Below, piece after piece: positions 20,277-32,464 of a stretch of 64,000 bases of DNA. How positions within the stretch are numbered: position 1 is the stretch's first letter; each line of letters opens with the position of its first letter. The notes under the pieces are model-generated. The model was not told where the DNA came from. It saw nothing but the letters and a program-made list of their open reading frames with translations, and did not search any database. The position numbers and the translations under genes are program-made. Source of the DNA: Betaproteobacteria bacterium (lineage in GTDB: Bacteria; Pseudomonadota; Gammaproteobacteria; Burkholderiales; JACQAP01); contig JBDTTE010000001.1 in NCBI GenBank assembly GCA_039930785.1, forward strand, positions 182 to 64,181, given 5' to 3'.

Positions 20277-20313
20277 CGTTAGGAGCGCCCCACTCCAGTC
20301 AAGACGGAGGATC

Positions 20314-20769
20314 ATGTTCGACATACTCGTCTTCCTGTTCGAAAACTATTTCCACGCCGGTGCGTATCCCGATCAAGATACGCTTTCCAAACGGCTCTCC
20401 GCGGCGGGTTTCGACAGCCGCGACATTTCGCAGACCCTGGTCTGGCTCGGCGGCCTGGAACACGCCGGCACCCGCAATCGTTCCGTTCCCGTTCCAAGCA
20501 CCGGTTTGCGTTTTTATGCGGAATCGGAACTGAGTTCGCTGACGGCGGAAGCGCGTGGATTTCTGCTGTTCCTGGAAAGCGCCGGCGTAATCAGCCAGGC
20601 GCAACGCGAGTTGATCATCGAACGTGTGATCGCTCTTGAAGAACCGGCGGTCGACCTCAATAAAGTCAAGCTGATCGTGGTGATGGTGCTGTGGAGCCAG
20701 AACGAAGCGCTGGATTCACTGGTGCTCGAAGAACTGATTTCACCCGACCAGGAACGTTACCTGCACTAG
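20314..20769 (+). CDS. smg: Smg (DUF494) protein
   Basis: 151-aa ORF starting MFDILVFLFENY, between dprA and topA. Confidence 0.88.
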   Translation: MFDILVFLFENYFHAGAYPDQDTLSKRLSAAGFDSRDISQTLVWLGGLEHAGTRNRSVPVPSTGLRFYAESELSSLTAEARGFLLFLESAGVISQAQRELIIERVIALEEPAVDLNKVKLIVVMVLWSQNEALDSLVLEELISPDQERYLH

Positions 20770-20869
20770 TCGCGCAATACCCTGCACGCGCGACGCGCGC
20801 GCATTGCGGTGCTTGCTCAGCCGCCGTCAAGTTCTTATCATGCGGCCTCCTTTCCAGGCCGGAAGCTCA

Positions 20870-23488
20870 ATGTCCCAAAGTCTCCTGATCGTCGAGTCGC
20901 CTTCCAAGGCCAAGACTCTGAAGAAATATCTCGGCCGCGGCTTTGAAATAGTCGCGTCCTACGGACACGTGCGCGACCTGGAAGCCAAGGAAGGTGCGGT
21001 CGACCCGGCCGACGACTTCCACATGCGCTACGCGCTGGTGGAGAAGAACAAGAAGCACGTGGACGTGATAACGAAGGCGGTGGCGAAAGCGACCAATATC
21101 TATCTCGCGACCGATCCGGATCGCGAAGGCGAGGCGATCGCGTGGCATCTCGCGGAGATATTCAAGGAAAAGAAGCTGCTGAAGAACAAGAAGCTGAATC
21201 GCGTGGTGTTCTACGAAATCACCGAGTCTGCGGTGAAGGATGCTGTCGCAAATCCACGCTCCATATCCATGCCGCTCGTGAACGCGCAACAGGCGCGTCG
21301 CGCGCTCGATCACCTGGTCGGCTTCAACCTCTCTCCGTTGCTATGGAAGAAGATCGGCCCCAGCTTGTCCGCTGGTCGCGTGCAGAGCCCGGCGCTGAGA
21401 CTGATCGTCGAGCGCGAGCTGGAGATCGAGAAGTTCAAGAGCCGCGAATACTGGTCGCTGCATCTGGATAGCCACAAGGACAAGCAGAAGTTCATCGCCC
21501 GCCTGACGCACTACCGCGGAGAAAAGCTGGAACAGTTTTCGATTGTCAGCGAAGACGAGCACAGCAAGATCGTCGCGGATATCGAGAAGATAGCGAAGGG
21601 CACGGCCACGGTCGTCAAGGTCGAGCGCAAGCCGAAGAACCGTCAACCGGCCCCGCCCTTCACCACCTCCACGCTGCAGCAGGAAGCCGCGCGCAAGCTC
21701 GGCATGAGCACACGCGGTGCGATGAGCACCGCCCAGCAATTGTACGAAGGCGTTGAAATCGACGGCGGAACGGTCGGCCTGATTACCTACATGCGAACGG
21801 ACTCTCTGGCGCTCGCCAACGAGGCGCTGGTGGAAATCCGCGACTACATCAAGAGAAAATTCGATCCCGGCTATTTGCCGCAAGCCGCGGTGGAGTATCG
21901 CAATAAATCCAAGAACGCCCAGGAAGCACACGAAGCAATTCGTCCGACTTCGATCGAACGCACGCCGGACTCGATCCGAAAGTATCTGACCGCCGATCAG
22001 GACGCCCTGTACGAGATGATCTGGAAGCGCACGCTGTCCTGCCAGATGACCGCGGCGAAATACGATACGACGTCAGTGGACCTTTCGGCAGGTCGCGCGG
22101 ACACGCTGTTTCGCGCCAGCGGACAGGTTCTGGTCTTCCCCGGTTTCATGGCCGTGTACCTCGAAGACAACGACGACGCCGAGCAGGAACAGGACGCGCG
22201 CCTGCCGGTACTCGAGGAAAAAGAGATCGTCCCGGTCGACCGCATCTTCGGCGAACAGCATTTCACCCAACCGCCGCCGCGCTATACGGAAGCCAGCCTG
22301 GTCAAGACACTCGAGGAATACGGCATCGGCCGCCCGTCTACCTACGCGAGCATTATTTCGACACTGCAGGATCGCGGCTATGCGCTGCTCGAGAAGAAGC
22401 GCTTCATGCCGACGGATATCGGGCGCGTCGTGAATGGATTCCTGACGTCGCATTTCAATCACTACGTCGACTACGGTTTCACCGCGCGACTCGAGGAAGA
22501 ACTCGACGAGATTTCCAATGGCGAACGCGAGTGGGTGCCGGTACTGAGGGAATTCTGGAAGGACTTTGCACTCACGCTGAAGTCGAAGGAGAAAGTGGCG
22601 CGCGGCAGTCCCCTCGAGGAAGAATGCCCGAAGTGCAGCAAGCAGCTATTCCTGCAGAACAGCCGGCGCGGCCTGTTCGTGGGTTGCAGCGGCTATCCGG
22701 ATTGCGACTACACGCGCCCGTGGGGCGACCAGCCCGCCGGGCCGACAATCCTCGGCAAGGATCCGGCGACCGACCTGGATATTTTGTTACTGAAAGGACC
22801 CTACGGGTTCTACGTGCAGCTTGGGCCTACGCCGGAAGACAAAACGATCAAGCCGAAACGGGCGGCGTGGCCGAAGAGCATTCCCGTCGCCGCGGCCGAG
22901 ATCGAAACAGCGCTGAAGATGCTCGCGCTGCCGCGCCAGCTCGGCAACCACGCAGAGACGGGCAAGCCTGTCGAGGCGAACATCGGTCGTTTCGGACCGT
23001 ATGTGAAGCACGACGGCATGTTCAAGTCGATCCCGAAGGCGGAAAGCGTCCACGACATCACGCTCGCCCGCGCGGTGGAATTGCTCGCGGAGAAAAAAAC
23101 CGGTGGCGGCGGTGGTCGGTCATTGGGTACGCATCCCGGTGACAACAGGACCGTGGCGGTATTCAGCGGGCGTTACGGCCCGTATGTGAAATACGGCAAG
23201 ATCAATGCAACCATTCCGGCTTCGATCGACCCGGAGAAGATTACGCTCGACGAAGCGCTCGAGCTGTTGTCGACAAAATCGGCCAAGGGCGCAAAGACCG
23301 CGAAACCGCGCAAGGGCGGAAAAACGGGCAAAGCCGTCAAGGCCGTGAAGGCGGAAAAACCGGGAAAATCCGTGAGCACGGTCTCACCTGCTGCGGCCGC
23401 GATCGCGAAGAAAGTACCGAAGAAGAAGCCGAAGAGCCCCGCGAAGAAAAAAACTGCCGCCAAAACTACCAAACGCAAGGCAGCCTGA
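20870..23488 (+). CDS. topA: DNA topoisomerase I
   Basis: ORF track start is 20804. The conserved N-terminus MSQSLLIVESPSKAKTLKKYLG starts at the ATG at 20870. Has TOPRIM, active-site region, Zn-ribbon repeats and a Lys/Ala-rich C-terminal tail. Confidence 0.96.
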   Translation: MSQSLLIVESPSKAKTLKKYLGRGFEIVASYGHVRDLEAKEGAVDPADDFHMRYALVEKNKKHVDVITKAVAKATNIYLATDPDREGEAIAWHLAEIFKEKKLLKNKKLNRVVFYEITESAVKDAVANPRSISMPLVNAQQARRALDHLVGFNLSPLLWKKIGPSLSAGRVQSPALRLIVERELEIEKFKSREYWSLHLDSHKDKQKFIARLTHYRGEKLEQFSIVSEDEHSKIVADIEKIAKGTATVVKVERKPKNRQPAPPFTTSTLQQEAARKLGMSTRGAMSTAQQLYEGVEIDGGTVGLITYMRTDSLALANEALVEIRDYIKRKFDPGYLPQAAVEYRNKSKNAQEAHEAIRPTSIERTPDSIRKYLTADQDALYEMIWKRTLSCQMTAAKYDTTSVDLSAGRADTLFRASGQVLVFPGFMAVYLEDNDDAEQEQDARLPVLEEKEIVPVDRIFGEQHFTQPPPRYTEASLVKTLEEYGIGRPSTYASIISTLQDRGYALLEKKRFMPTDIGRVVNGFLTSHFNHYVDYGFTARLEEELDEISNGEREWVPVLREFWKDFALTLKSKEKVARGSPLEEECPKCSKQLFLQNSRRGLFVGCSGYPDCDYTRPWGDQPAGPTILGKDPATDLDILLLKGPYGFYVQLGPTPEDKTIKPKRAAWPKSIPVAAAEIETALKMLALPRQLGNHAETGKPVEANIGRFGPYVKHDGMFKSIPKAESVHDITLARAVELLAEKKTGGGGGRSLGTHPGDNRTVAVFSGRYGPYVKYGKINATIPASIDPEKITLDEALELLSTKSAKGAKTAKPRKGGKTGKAVKAVKAEKPGKSVSTVSPAAAAIAKKVPKKKPKSPAKKKTAAKTTKRKAA

Positions 23489-23497
23489 ACGCCGCGA

Positions 23498-27014
<3,517 letters not shown>

Positions 27015-27120
27015 TCTTTAAACCTTGATAGTAGTAATAGAGTTGGGGAAGTCTGTTAGCACAGCGGTAAAAGTGAATGCTGTCAGTCACATCGCGCGAT
27101 GTATAAACCGCGTAATCGCG

Positions 27121-27182
27121 GTGGATGAATTGTGGATGAATTCCGGTTCCGGACGATTCATGAAGTTATTAACAATTCATCC
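27121..27182. promoter_or_regulatory. DnaA-box-like repeat cluster in the dnaA-dnaN intergenic region
   Basis: Perfect tandem 11-mer GTGGATGAATT occurs twice (27121-27131 and 27132-27142). TGTGGATGA (27131-27139) matches the TGTGGATAA consensus at 8 of 9 positions. An inverted GGATGAATT copy lies at 27174-27182. Confidence 0.5.
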
Positions 27183-27190
27183 CGGGCTTA

Positions 27191-28528
27191 TCAACCGCGT
27201 AAAGTTTGTAGCAGCGCGACGAAGTCACGTGAAATCTCCGGATTGGTGCCGCGCAATTCCACGATCTTGCGGCAAGCGTGCAGCACCGTCGTGTGGTCGC
27301 GACCGCCAAAAGCATCTCCGATGTCCGGCAGACTCAATTGCGTGAGTTCCTTTGCCAGCGCCATGGCCATCTGCCGCGGGCGGGCGATGGCGCGCGAGCG
27401 CTTTTTTGCGTACATGTCCGAAACCTTGATTTTGTAGTATTCCGCGACGATGCGTTGGATATTGTCGATCGAAACCTGCCTGACTTGCACGGCCAGCAGG
27501 TCCTTCAGGGCTTCGCGGGCCAGGTCCAGCGACACTTTCTCGCCGGCGAACTTGGCATAGGCCAGTACGCGCTTTAAACCGCCCTCCAGCTCGCGTACGT
27601 TCGACTGGATATGGTTTGCGATAAAGAACGCCACGTCCTCAGCGAGATTCACGCGCTCGGCTTCGGCCTTCTTGAGCAGGATGGCGACCCGCATCTCGAG
27701 TTCCGGTGGTTCAATCGCCACCGTGAGGCCCCAGCCGAAACGCGAAATCAAACGATCTTCTATTCCGGCGATTTCCTTCGGATAGCTATCGCAGGTGATG
27801 ATGACCTGTTTATGCGCTTCAATCAGGGCGTTAAAGGCGTAGAAAAACTCCTCTTGCGTGCGGTTTTTTCCATTGAAGAACTGGATATCGTCGATCAGCA
27901 GGAGGTCCAGCGAGTGATAGTACTTCTTGAAACCGTCAAAAGCCTTGTGTTGGTAGGCCCGGACGACATCCGATACGTACTGTTCCGCATGTATATAGCG
28001 TACGTTCGCCGAGGGATTCAGCTCGATCAGCATGTTGCCGATGGCCTGGATCAGGTGCGTTTTTCCCAGTCCGACGCCGCCGTAGACGAACAACGGGTTA
28101 TAGGCGACGCCAGGGTGCTCGGCTACCTGTATGGCCGCGGCACGGGCAAGCTGGTTTGCCTTTCCCGTAACGAATGTGTCGAATGAAAAAGACGGATTGA
28201 GCCGCGTTTGTTCGCGAATCCTGGGCTTTGCCGGCGGCGCCTGCAGGTTTGCTTTCGGCTCTTCGACTGGCTCCGGGGCGTGCGCTGCGACCTTTTCTCC
28301 GAGGCTCAAAACAACCTCGACGGGTTTGCGCAAAAATTCAGCTGATAGCCGTTCGATATCGCTGAGGAACTTGTCCTTGACCCATTCCAGAACAAACCGG
28401 TTCGGCGCCGCTATGACCACGCTTTCGCCGTCAAGGCGGGCGTGAAGGGGCTGAATCCAGGTTTTAAATTGTTGCGCCGGAAGGGCTTTTTCGAAATGAC
28501 GAAGACAATGGTTCCATAAGCTATCCAT
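27191..28528 (-). CDS. dnaA: Chromosomal replication initiator DnaA
   Basis: ORF track start is 28600. The conserved N-terminus [28 protein letters not shown] starts at the ATG rc of 28526-28528 (445 aa). Has AAA+ ([10 protein letters not shown]) and a C-terminal DNA-binding domain ([12 protein letters not shown]). Confidence 0.97.
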   Translation of the reverse strand: MDSLWNHCLRHFEKALPAQQFKTWIQPLHARLDGESVVIAAPNRFVLEWVKDKFLSDIERLSAEFLRKPVEVVLSLGEKVAAHAPEPVEEPKANLQAPPAKPRIREQTRLNPSFSFDTFVTGKANQLARAAAIQVAEHPGVAYNPLFVYGGVGLGKTHLIQAIGNMLIELNPSANVRYIHAEQYVSDVVRAYQHKAFDGFKKYYHSLDLLLIDDIQFFNGKNRTQEEFFYAFNALIEAHKQVIITCDSYPKEIAGIEDRLISRFGWGLTVAIEPPELEMRVAILLKKAEAERVNLAEDVAFFIANHIQSNVRELEGGLKRVLAYAKFAGEKVSLDLAREALKDLLAVQVRQVSIDNIQRIVAEYYKIKVSDMYAKKRSRAIARPRQMAMALAKELTQLSLPDIGDAFGGRDHTTVLHACRKIVELRGTNPEISRDFVALLQTLRG

Positions 28529-28609
28529 CGGCGCGGGATTTTTGTGAGAGGTTGCGGCCGTGGGTGGCCCCCTGAAAGGAGCGTTGCAGTGTACCAGCAC
28601 GGGGTCGAG

Positions 28610-28618
28610 TTATCCACA
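28610..28618. promoter_or_regulatory. Perfect DnaA box (TTATCCACA) upstream of dnaA
   Basis: Exact 9-mer TTATCCACA read at 28610-28618, about 80 bp upstream of the dnaA start. Confidence 0.75.
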
Positions 28619-28706
28619 GCGTTGTCAGGCGAAATCTAGCGGATCGCAGCACGAGTAAGCACCCGGTCCGGGTTGGCATCGCACAGTAATGTTTGGCTCG
28701 GAAGAA

Positions 28707-28736
28707 TTGACAACCATGCGGGAAAAAGCGTGTAAT
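28707..28736 (+). promoter_or_regulatory. Putative sigma70 promoter of rpmH-rnpA
   Basis: TTGACA (28707-28712), 18-nt spacer, TGTAAT (28731-28736), about 40 bp upstream of the rpmH ATG. Confidence 0.45.
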
Positions 28737-28774
28737 ACCGCGCTTTTTCCGCCAGTTATCGGAGCCTGATTGCC

Positions 28775-28909
28775 ATGAAGCGCACATACCAACCCTCCAA
28801 AACGCGCCGCGCGCGTACGCATGGTTTCCTCGAGCGCATGAAAACCCGGGGTGGCCGTGCCGTCATCAACGCCCGCCGCGCCAAGGGGCGTGCACGTCTG
28901 GCAGTCTGA
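28775..28909 (+). CDS. rpmH: 50S ribosomal protein L34
   Basis: Manual translation gives [44 protein letters not shown] (44 aa). It is too short for the ORF track. Shows the classic rpmH-rnpA-yidD-yidC synteny. Confidence 0.97.
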   Translation: MKRTYQPSKTRRARTHGFLERMKTRGGRAVINARRAKGRARLAV

Positions 28910-28947
28910 AGTCGCCTGCGCGTAACCGTTTTCCTCGCCAAGCGAGG

Positions 28948-29253
28948 TTGTCGGGACGCGTGCATTTCACTGGTGCGTTTACTTCGAGACGGCAGGGAAA
29001 ATATCTTGTCGTCCTGGGTAGAAGTAACGTGAATACCGGCCCGGCCCGATTGGGTATCGTAGTCGGCAGACATACCGCCCCGCGATCAGTAACGCGTACC
29101 CTGATGAAGCGCACCATTCGAGAAGTTTTTCGGCAGTTGCGCTCCCAGCTTGGTTCGTTCGATGTTGTCGTTAGAGTCCGCCAATCCGCGGCAAGGGTTG
29201 AATTGCCAGCGGTCCGTCACGAACTGGAAAAACTGCTGCGAGAAACTTGCTGA
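28948..29253 (+). CDS. rnpA: Ribonuclease P protein component
   Basis: 101-aa ORF from a TTG start. The in-frame upstream sequence encodes FPRQARL, the conserved RnpA N-terminal motif, so the true start is probably upstream (CTG at 28906). Confidence 0.85.
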   Translation: MSGRVHFTGAFTSRRQGKYLVVLGRSNVNTGPARLGIVVGRHTAPRSVTRTLMKRTIREVFRQLRSQLGSFDVVVRVRQSAARVELPAVRHELEKLLRETC

Positions 29254-29462
29254 TGCGGGCCACGCTGCTAGTCCTGATCCGGTTTTACCAGTTTCTGCTG
29301 AGCCCCTGGGTGGGAGGCGGCTGTCGCTTTCATCCGACTTGCTCCGAGTACGCGAAGGGCGCGATCGGGAGACATGGGGCGGGACGCGGAAGCTGGCTGG
29401 CGACGTTGCGGATCCTTAAGTGCCATCCCTGGCATCCGGGTGGAATCGACCCGGTGCCGTGA
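29247..29462 (+). CDS. yidD: Membrane protein insertion efficiency factor YidD
   Basis: 71-aa ORF with [26 protein letters not shown]...[16 protein letters not shown]. Confidence 0.93.
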   Translation: MLMRATLLVLIRFYQFLLSPWVGGGCRFHPTCSEYAKGAIGRHGAGRGSWLATLRILKCHPWHPGGIDPVP

Positions 29463-29478
29463 AACAAGAATAGAGTCG

Positions 29479-31131
29479 ATGGATAGCCTTCGTTTATTTG
29501 CGGCACTCGTGTTCGCGGTCTCGGTTTTCCTGTTGTTCGATGCCTGGAACAAGGACAGAAATCCGGTCCCTCCTGCATTGGATCAAGCGGCACAGCGCGC
29601 GGATTCGGCAATGCCATCGCCGACGCTGCCGCCCCAGGCCGGCGCGCCAGCAACCGCCACGACGACTGCGGCGCCAAATGCCGTGGCGAGCGCCAACCTG
29701 CCTCCCATAGTCGTGCGCACCGACGTGCTTATTGCGGAGATCGATCCGGTTGGCGGAAGTCTGCGCAGGCTCGAATTCACCCGGCACAAGGAAAAGCTGG
29801 ATAAAACCAGGAATTTTGTCCTGTTCCAGAAAGACGCTACGCATACCTATGTTGAGCAGAGCGGACTCATAGGTAATGAGCTGCCGAATCACACGACGAC
29901 GTATGCGTCGGGCGCTTCAGCGTACGAGCTAAAGGACGGGAGTGACACGGTGGTCGTGCCGCTGACGGCGACAACCAAAGAGGCAGGCGTAACCAAGACC
30001 CTGACCTTCCGTCGCGGCAGCTACGTAGTAGATGAATCCCTGCAGATCGCCAATCGTGGTGCTGCGGAGATCAAGCCGTTTGCGTATTTTCAGCTCGTGC
30101 GTGACGGGACGCCAGCTGCCGGTGATTCGAAGATGGTCCCGACCTATACGGGTGCCGCCGTGTACACCGACCAGTCGAAATTCCACAAAGTGGCCTTCGG
30201 CGACATCGACAAGGGGAAAGTCGACTATCCCAAACACGCAACGGACGGCTGGATCGCAATGCTTCAGCATTATTTCGTTGCGGCCCTGCTGCCGACCGGA
30301 AACGTCGATCGCGAGTTCTATACGAAGTCGCTCGGTGGCGGTCTGTACACGGCGGGAGTGATTCTGCCCGTCGGTAGCATCGCTCCGGGAGCGACGGCGA
30401 CTGTGGACATGCGCTTGTACGCTGGTCCGGAAGAACAGGACAAACTTGCAGCGTTGTCACCGGGACTGAACCTGACCGTCGACTACGGCTGGCTGACCAT
30501 CATCGCCACCCCGCTGTTCTGGGTTTTGTCCGAGATCCACAAGTGGAGCAGCAACTGGGGGGTTTCGATCATCCTGTTGACCGTGCTGATCAAGCTGATC
30601 TTCTTTCCCCTATCGGCGGCGAGCTACAAGTCGATGGCGAAGATGCGGCTCATGGCGCCCAAGATGGCGAAATTGAAGGAGCAGTACGGCGACGATCGCC
30701 AGCGCCTGAACCAGGCCATGATCGAGATGTACAAGACAGAAAAGATCAATCCGCTTGGCGGATGTCTTCCGATAGTCGTCCAGATTCCGGTGTTCATTGC
30801 GCTTTACTGGGTGTTGCTCGCCAGCGTGGAATTGCGCAATGCGCCGTTCATCTGGTGGATCAAGGATCTGTCTGCACAGGATCCCTATTACATCCTCCCG
30901 GTGCTGATGGGCGCCACGATGATCATTCAGACTTTTCTGAATCCCACGCCGCCGGATCCGGTGCAGGCGAAAGTAATGAAGATCATGCCGGTGGCATTCA
31001 GCGTATTTTTCTTCTTCTTTCCTGCGGGCCTGGTGCTCTACTGGCTGGTGAACAACATCCTGTCCATAGCGCAGCAATGGCAGATCACGCGCATGATCGA
31101 GCGGCCTAAATCCGCTCATGCTGGCCGCTGA
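29479..31131 (+). CDS. yidC: Membrane protein insertase YidC
   Basis: ORF track start is 29374. The likely start is the ATG at 29479 (MDSLRLFAALVFAVSVFLLF TM1). Has a large periplasmic domain and a conserved C-terminal core (PLGGCLPIVVQIPVFIALYWVL). Confidence 0.95.
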   Translation: MDSLRLFAALVFAVSVFLLFDAWNKDRNPVPPALDQAAQRADSAMPSPTLPPQAGAPATATTTAAPNAVASANLPPIVVRTDVLIAEIDPVGGSLRRLEFTRHKEKLDKTRNFVLFQKDATHTYVEQSGLIGNELPNHTTTYASGASAYELKDGSDTVVVPLTATTKEAGVTKTLTFRRGSYVVDESLQIANRGAAEIKPFAYFQLVRDGTPAAGDSKMVPTYTGAAVYTDQSKFHKVAFGDIDKGKVDYPKHATDGWIAMLQHYFVAALLPTGNVDREFYTKSLGGGLYTAGVILPVGSIAPGATATVDMRLYAGPEEQDKLAALSPGLNLTVDYGWLTIIATPLFWVLSEIHKWSSNWGVSIILLTVLIKLIFFPLSAASYKSMAKMRLMAPKMAKLKEQYGDDRQRLNQAMIEMYKTEKINPLGGCLPIVVQIPVFIALYWVLLASVELRNAPFIWWIKDLSAQDPYYILPVLMGATMIIQTFLNPTPPDPVQAKVMKIMPVAFSVFFFFFPAGLVLYWLVNNILSIAQQWQITRMIERPKSAHAGR

Positions 31132-32461
31132 CACAATTGCGGCGATAGCGACTGCGCCGGGTCGCGCCGGTATCGGGGTTGTGCGCGTCTCCGGGCCTGG
31201 GACGCGAAGTATCGCGACTGCGATCCTGCAGCAGGATCTGAAGCCACGACTTGCAACGCTCAGTTACTTCGTCGATGCGGATTCCACGCCGCTCGATCGC
31301 GGCATCGCGATCTACTATCCCGCACCAAACTCGTATACCGGTGAAGACGTGCTGGAACTGCAGGGGCACGGCGGCCTGGCGGTCGTGCAGCTTGTCCTTC
31401 GGCGATGTCTCAATCTCGGGGCGCGACATGCGGCACCGGGGGAATTCACGCAACGCGCTTTTCTGAACGACAAACTCGATCTTGCCCAGGCGGAAAGCGT
31501 CGCCGACCTGATCGATGCCAGCTCGGCAATGGCCGCACGTGGAGCAATGCGTTCCCTTGCTGGCGAGTTTTCAGACCGCGTCAGCCGCTTGGTACGCGAA
31601 TTGATCCAGCTTAGAACCTACGTTGAAGCGACCCTGGATTTCCCCGAGGAGGAAATTGATCTACCCGAGCGCGAGAAATTCATGGCCCGGCTGGATCGGT
31701 TGAGTCACGACGTCAAAGTGTTGCTGGCAGAAGCAACACAAGGAAAACTCCTCCGCGACGGTATCAGGCTGGTTTTGATTGGTCGTCCAAATGTGGGGAA
31801 ATCAAGCCTGCTCAATCGACTCGTAGAGGACGAGGTCGCGATTGTGACGGATACGCCGGGCACCACACGCGATCCGCTCCACCATGAGCTGGTGTTCGAG
31901 GGCATCCCGATTCACGTCGTCGATACCGCGGGTCTGCGGGATGGCGCCGAATCGATAGAGAAAATCGGGATCGAGCGCACCTGGCGCGAGATTCATCAGG
32001 CCGACCTCGCGCTATTTCTGATCGACGCGAGTGCAGGCATCACCGAGGCTGATACCTCAATACTTCAGGACGAGTTTCTCGAGAAGTTAAATAAAATATT
32101 TGTATTCAATAAGATAGACTTGATTGACCAACTTCCTGCGATTGTTTCCGGGGAGAATGGATTGCAGGTTCATTTGTCTGTAAAAACGGGCGCTGGGCTC
32201 GATCTCCTGCGGGAGGCGGTACTCAAGAGCATGGGGTGGCATCCCACCATGGATGGAACGTTCAGTGCACGCGAGCGTCATCGCCAGGGCCTCTTCCTCG
32301 CAAGCCAATCGCTCGATCGAGCGATTGCCGCGTCGGGCAGTACCGAATTGATGGCGGAGGAATTGCGGGCGGCGCAGCAAGCTTTCTCGCAATTGACCGG
32401 AGAATTCACTTCGGACGACCTGCTGGGTGAGATCTTCTCGAAGTTCTGCATCGGCAAATAG
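31118..32461 (+). CDS. mnmE: tRNA uridine-5-carboxymethylaminomethyl modification GTPase MnmE
   Basis: 447-aa ORF with DTIAAIATAPGRAGIGVVRVSG, G-domain motifs GRPNVGKSSLLN, DTAG and NKIDL, and a C-terminal CIGK. Confidence 0.96.
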   Translation: MLAADTIAAIATAPGRAGIGVVRVSGPGTRSIATAILQQDLKPRLATLSYFVDADSTPLDRGIAIYYPAPNSYTGEDVLELQGHGGLAVVQLVLRRCLNLGARHAAPGEFTQRAFLNDKLDLAQAESVADLIDASSAMAARGAMRSLAGEFSDRVSRLVRELIQLRTYVEATLDFPEEEIDLPEREKFMARLDRLSHDVKVLLAEATQGKLLRDGIRLVLIGRPNVGKSSLLNRLVEDEVAIVTDTPGTTRDPLHHELVFEGIPIHVVDTAGLRDGAESIEKIGIERTWREIHQADLALFLIDASAGITEADTSILQDEFLEKLNKIFVFNKIDLIDQLPAIVSGENGLQVHLSVKTGAGLDLLREAVLKSMGWHPTMDGTFSARERHRQGLFLASQSLDRAIAASGSTELMAEELRAAQQAFSQLTGEFTSDDLLGEIFSKFCIGK

Positions 32462-32464
32462 CGC

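Noticed and set aside
27216-27231. parS-like half site (gaagtcacgtgaaatc) inside the dnaA 3' end
   Set aside because: Only the central CACGTGAAA core matches, and the flanking arms do not form the palindrome.
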